Shown: positions 63,674-64,000 of the stretch, piece by piece
How positions within the stretch are numbered: position 1 is the stretch's first letter
Layout of the letters: each line of letters opens with the position of its first letter
From: Azolla caroliniana
Lineage: Eukaryota > Plantae > Polypodiophyta
Direction: 5' to 3'
Length of the DNA: 64,000 nucleotides
Assembly: GCA_043228905.1 (NCBI GenBank)
Contig: JBHGNT010000003.1
Span: 3,348,001-3,412,000 of the forward strand
Position numbers and translations under genes: made by a program
Notes under the pieces: model-generated
Told to the model about the DNA's origin: nothing
The model's input: only the letters and a program-made list of their open reading frames with translations
The model's database searches: none

Positions 63674-64000
63674 GTGCTATATTCTTTGGTTTCTGCATGA
63701 TGGCTATCTTAGTCAATGAACTCAGACAAGAATTCGATTTTGCATAAAATGTACATATGGTGTTTTTAGATAATTGAAGGCAGGCAGTAGTTTGTGTATT
63801 AATATACAATTTGATGGTGGATATCAAGGCTAATCAGATTGATATATGAGCATGGGATGGATGAATATTGTATGATATATTAGATGATGTATGTTCATGG
63901 AATATCTATATATGAAATAATGTATGACCATGAGATGTTTTATCATAGAAAGAAAAACTAAAAAAAATCTCAACTAGGGCTGTTTGTGGTAAATGTGAGC

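Overview
Plant (probably fern or other non-seed plant) nuclear DNA. Positions 1-44.7 kb form one deeply nested, decayed transposon cluster; most junctions can be resolved by LTR ends and target-site duplications (TSDs). It holds five Ty1/copia elements (C, E, F, G, H), two related non-chromodomain Ty3/gypsy elements (A, B), two Tcn1/Tf1-like chromoviruses (D, D2), several solo LTRs and two DNA transposons. The standout is a 7.8-kb TIR element (20173-27987; GGG...CCC ends, 25-bp TIRs, 4-bp TSD). It carries a Sola2-like transposase remnant, a convergent four-exon gene of unknown function and three internal repeat arrays. The chromovirus LTRs show a Tf1-type self-priming signal and a tRNA-type A/B-box module. 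Positions 47-64 kb hold two divergent host genes: an intact nucleotide-sugar/phosphate translocator (At3g17430-like, 375 aa) and the 5' part of LEO1/VIP4, with a PPR fragment between them. All calls were made by eye; no database searches were run.
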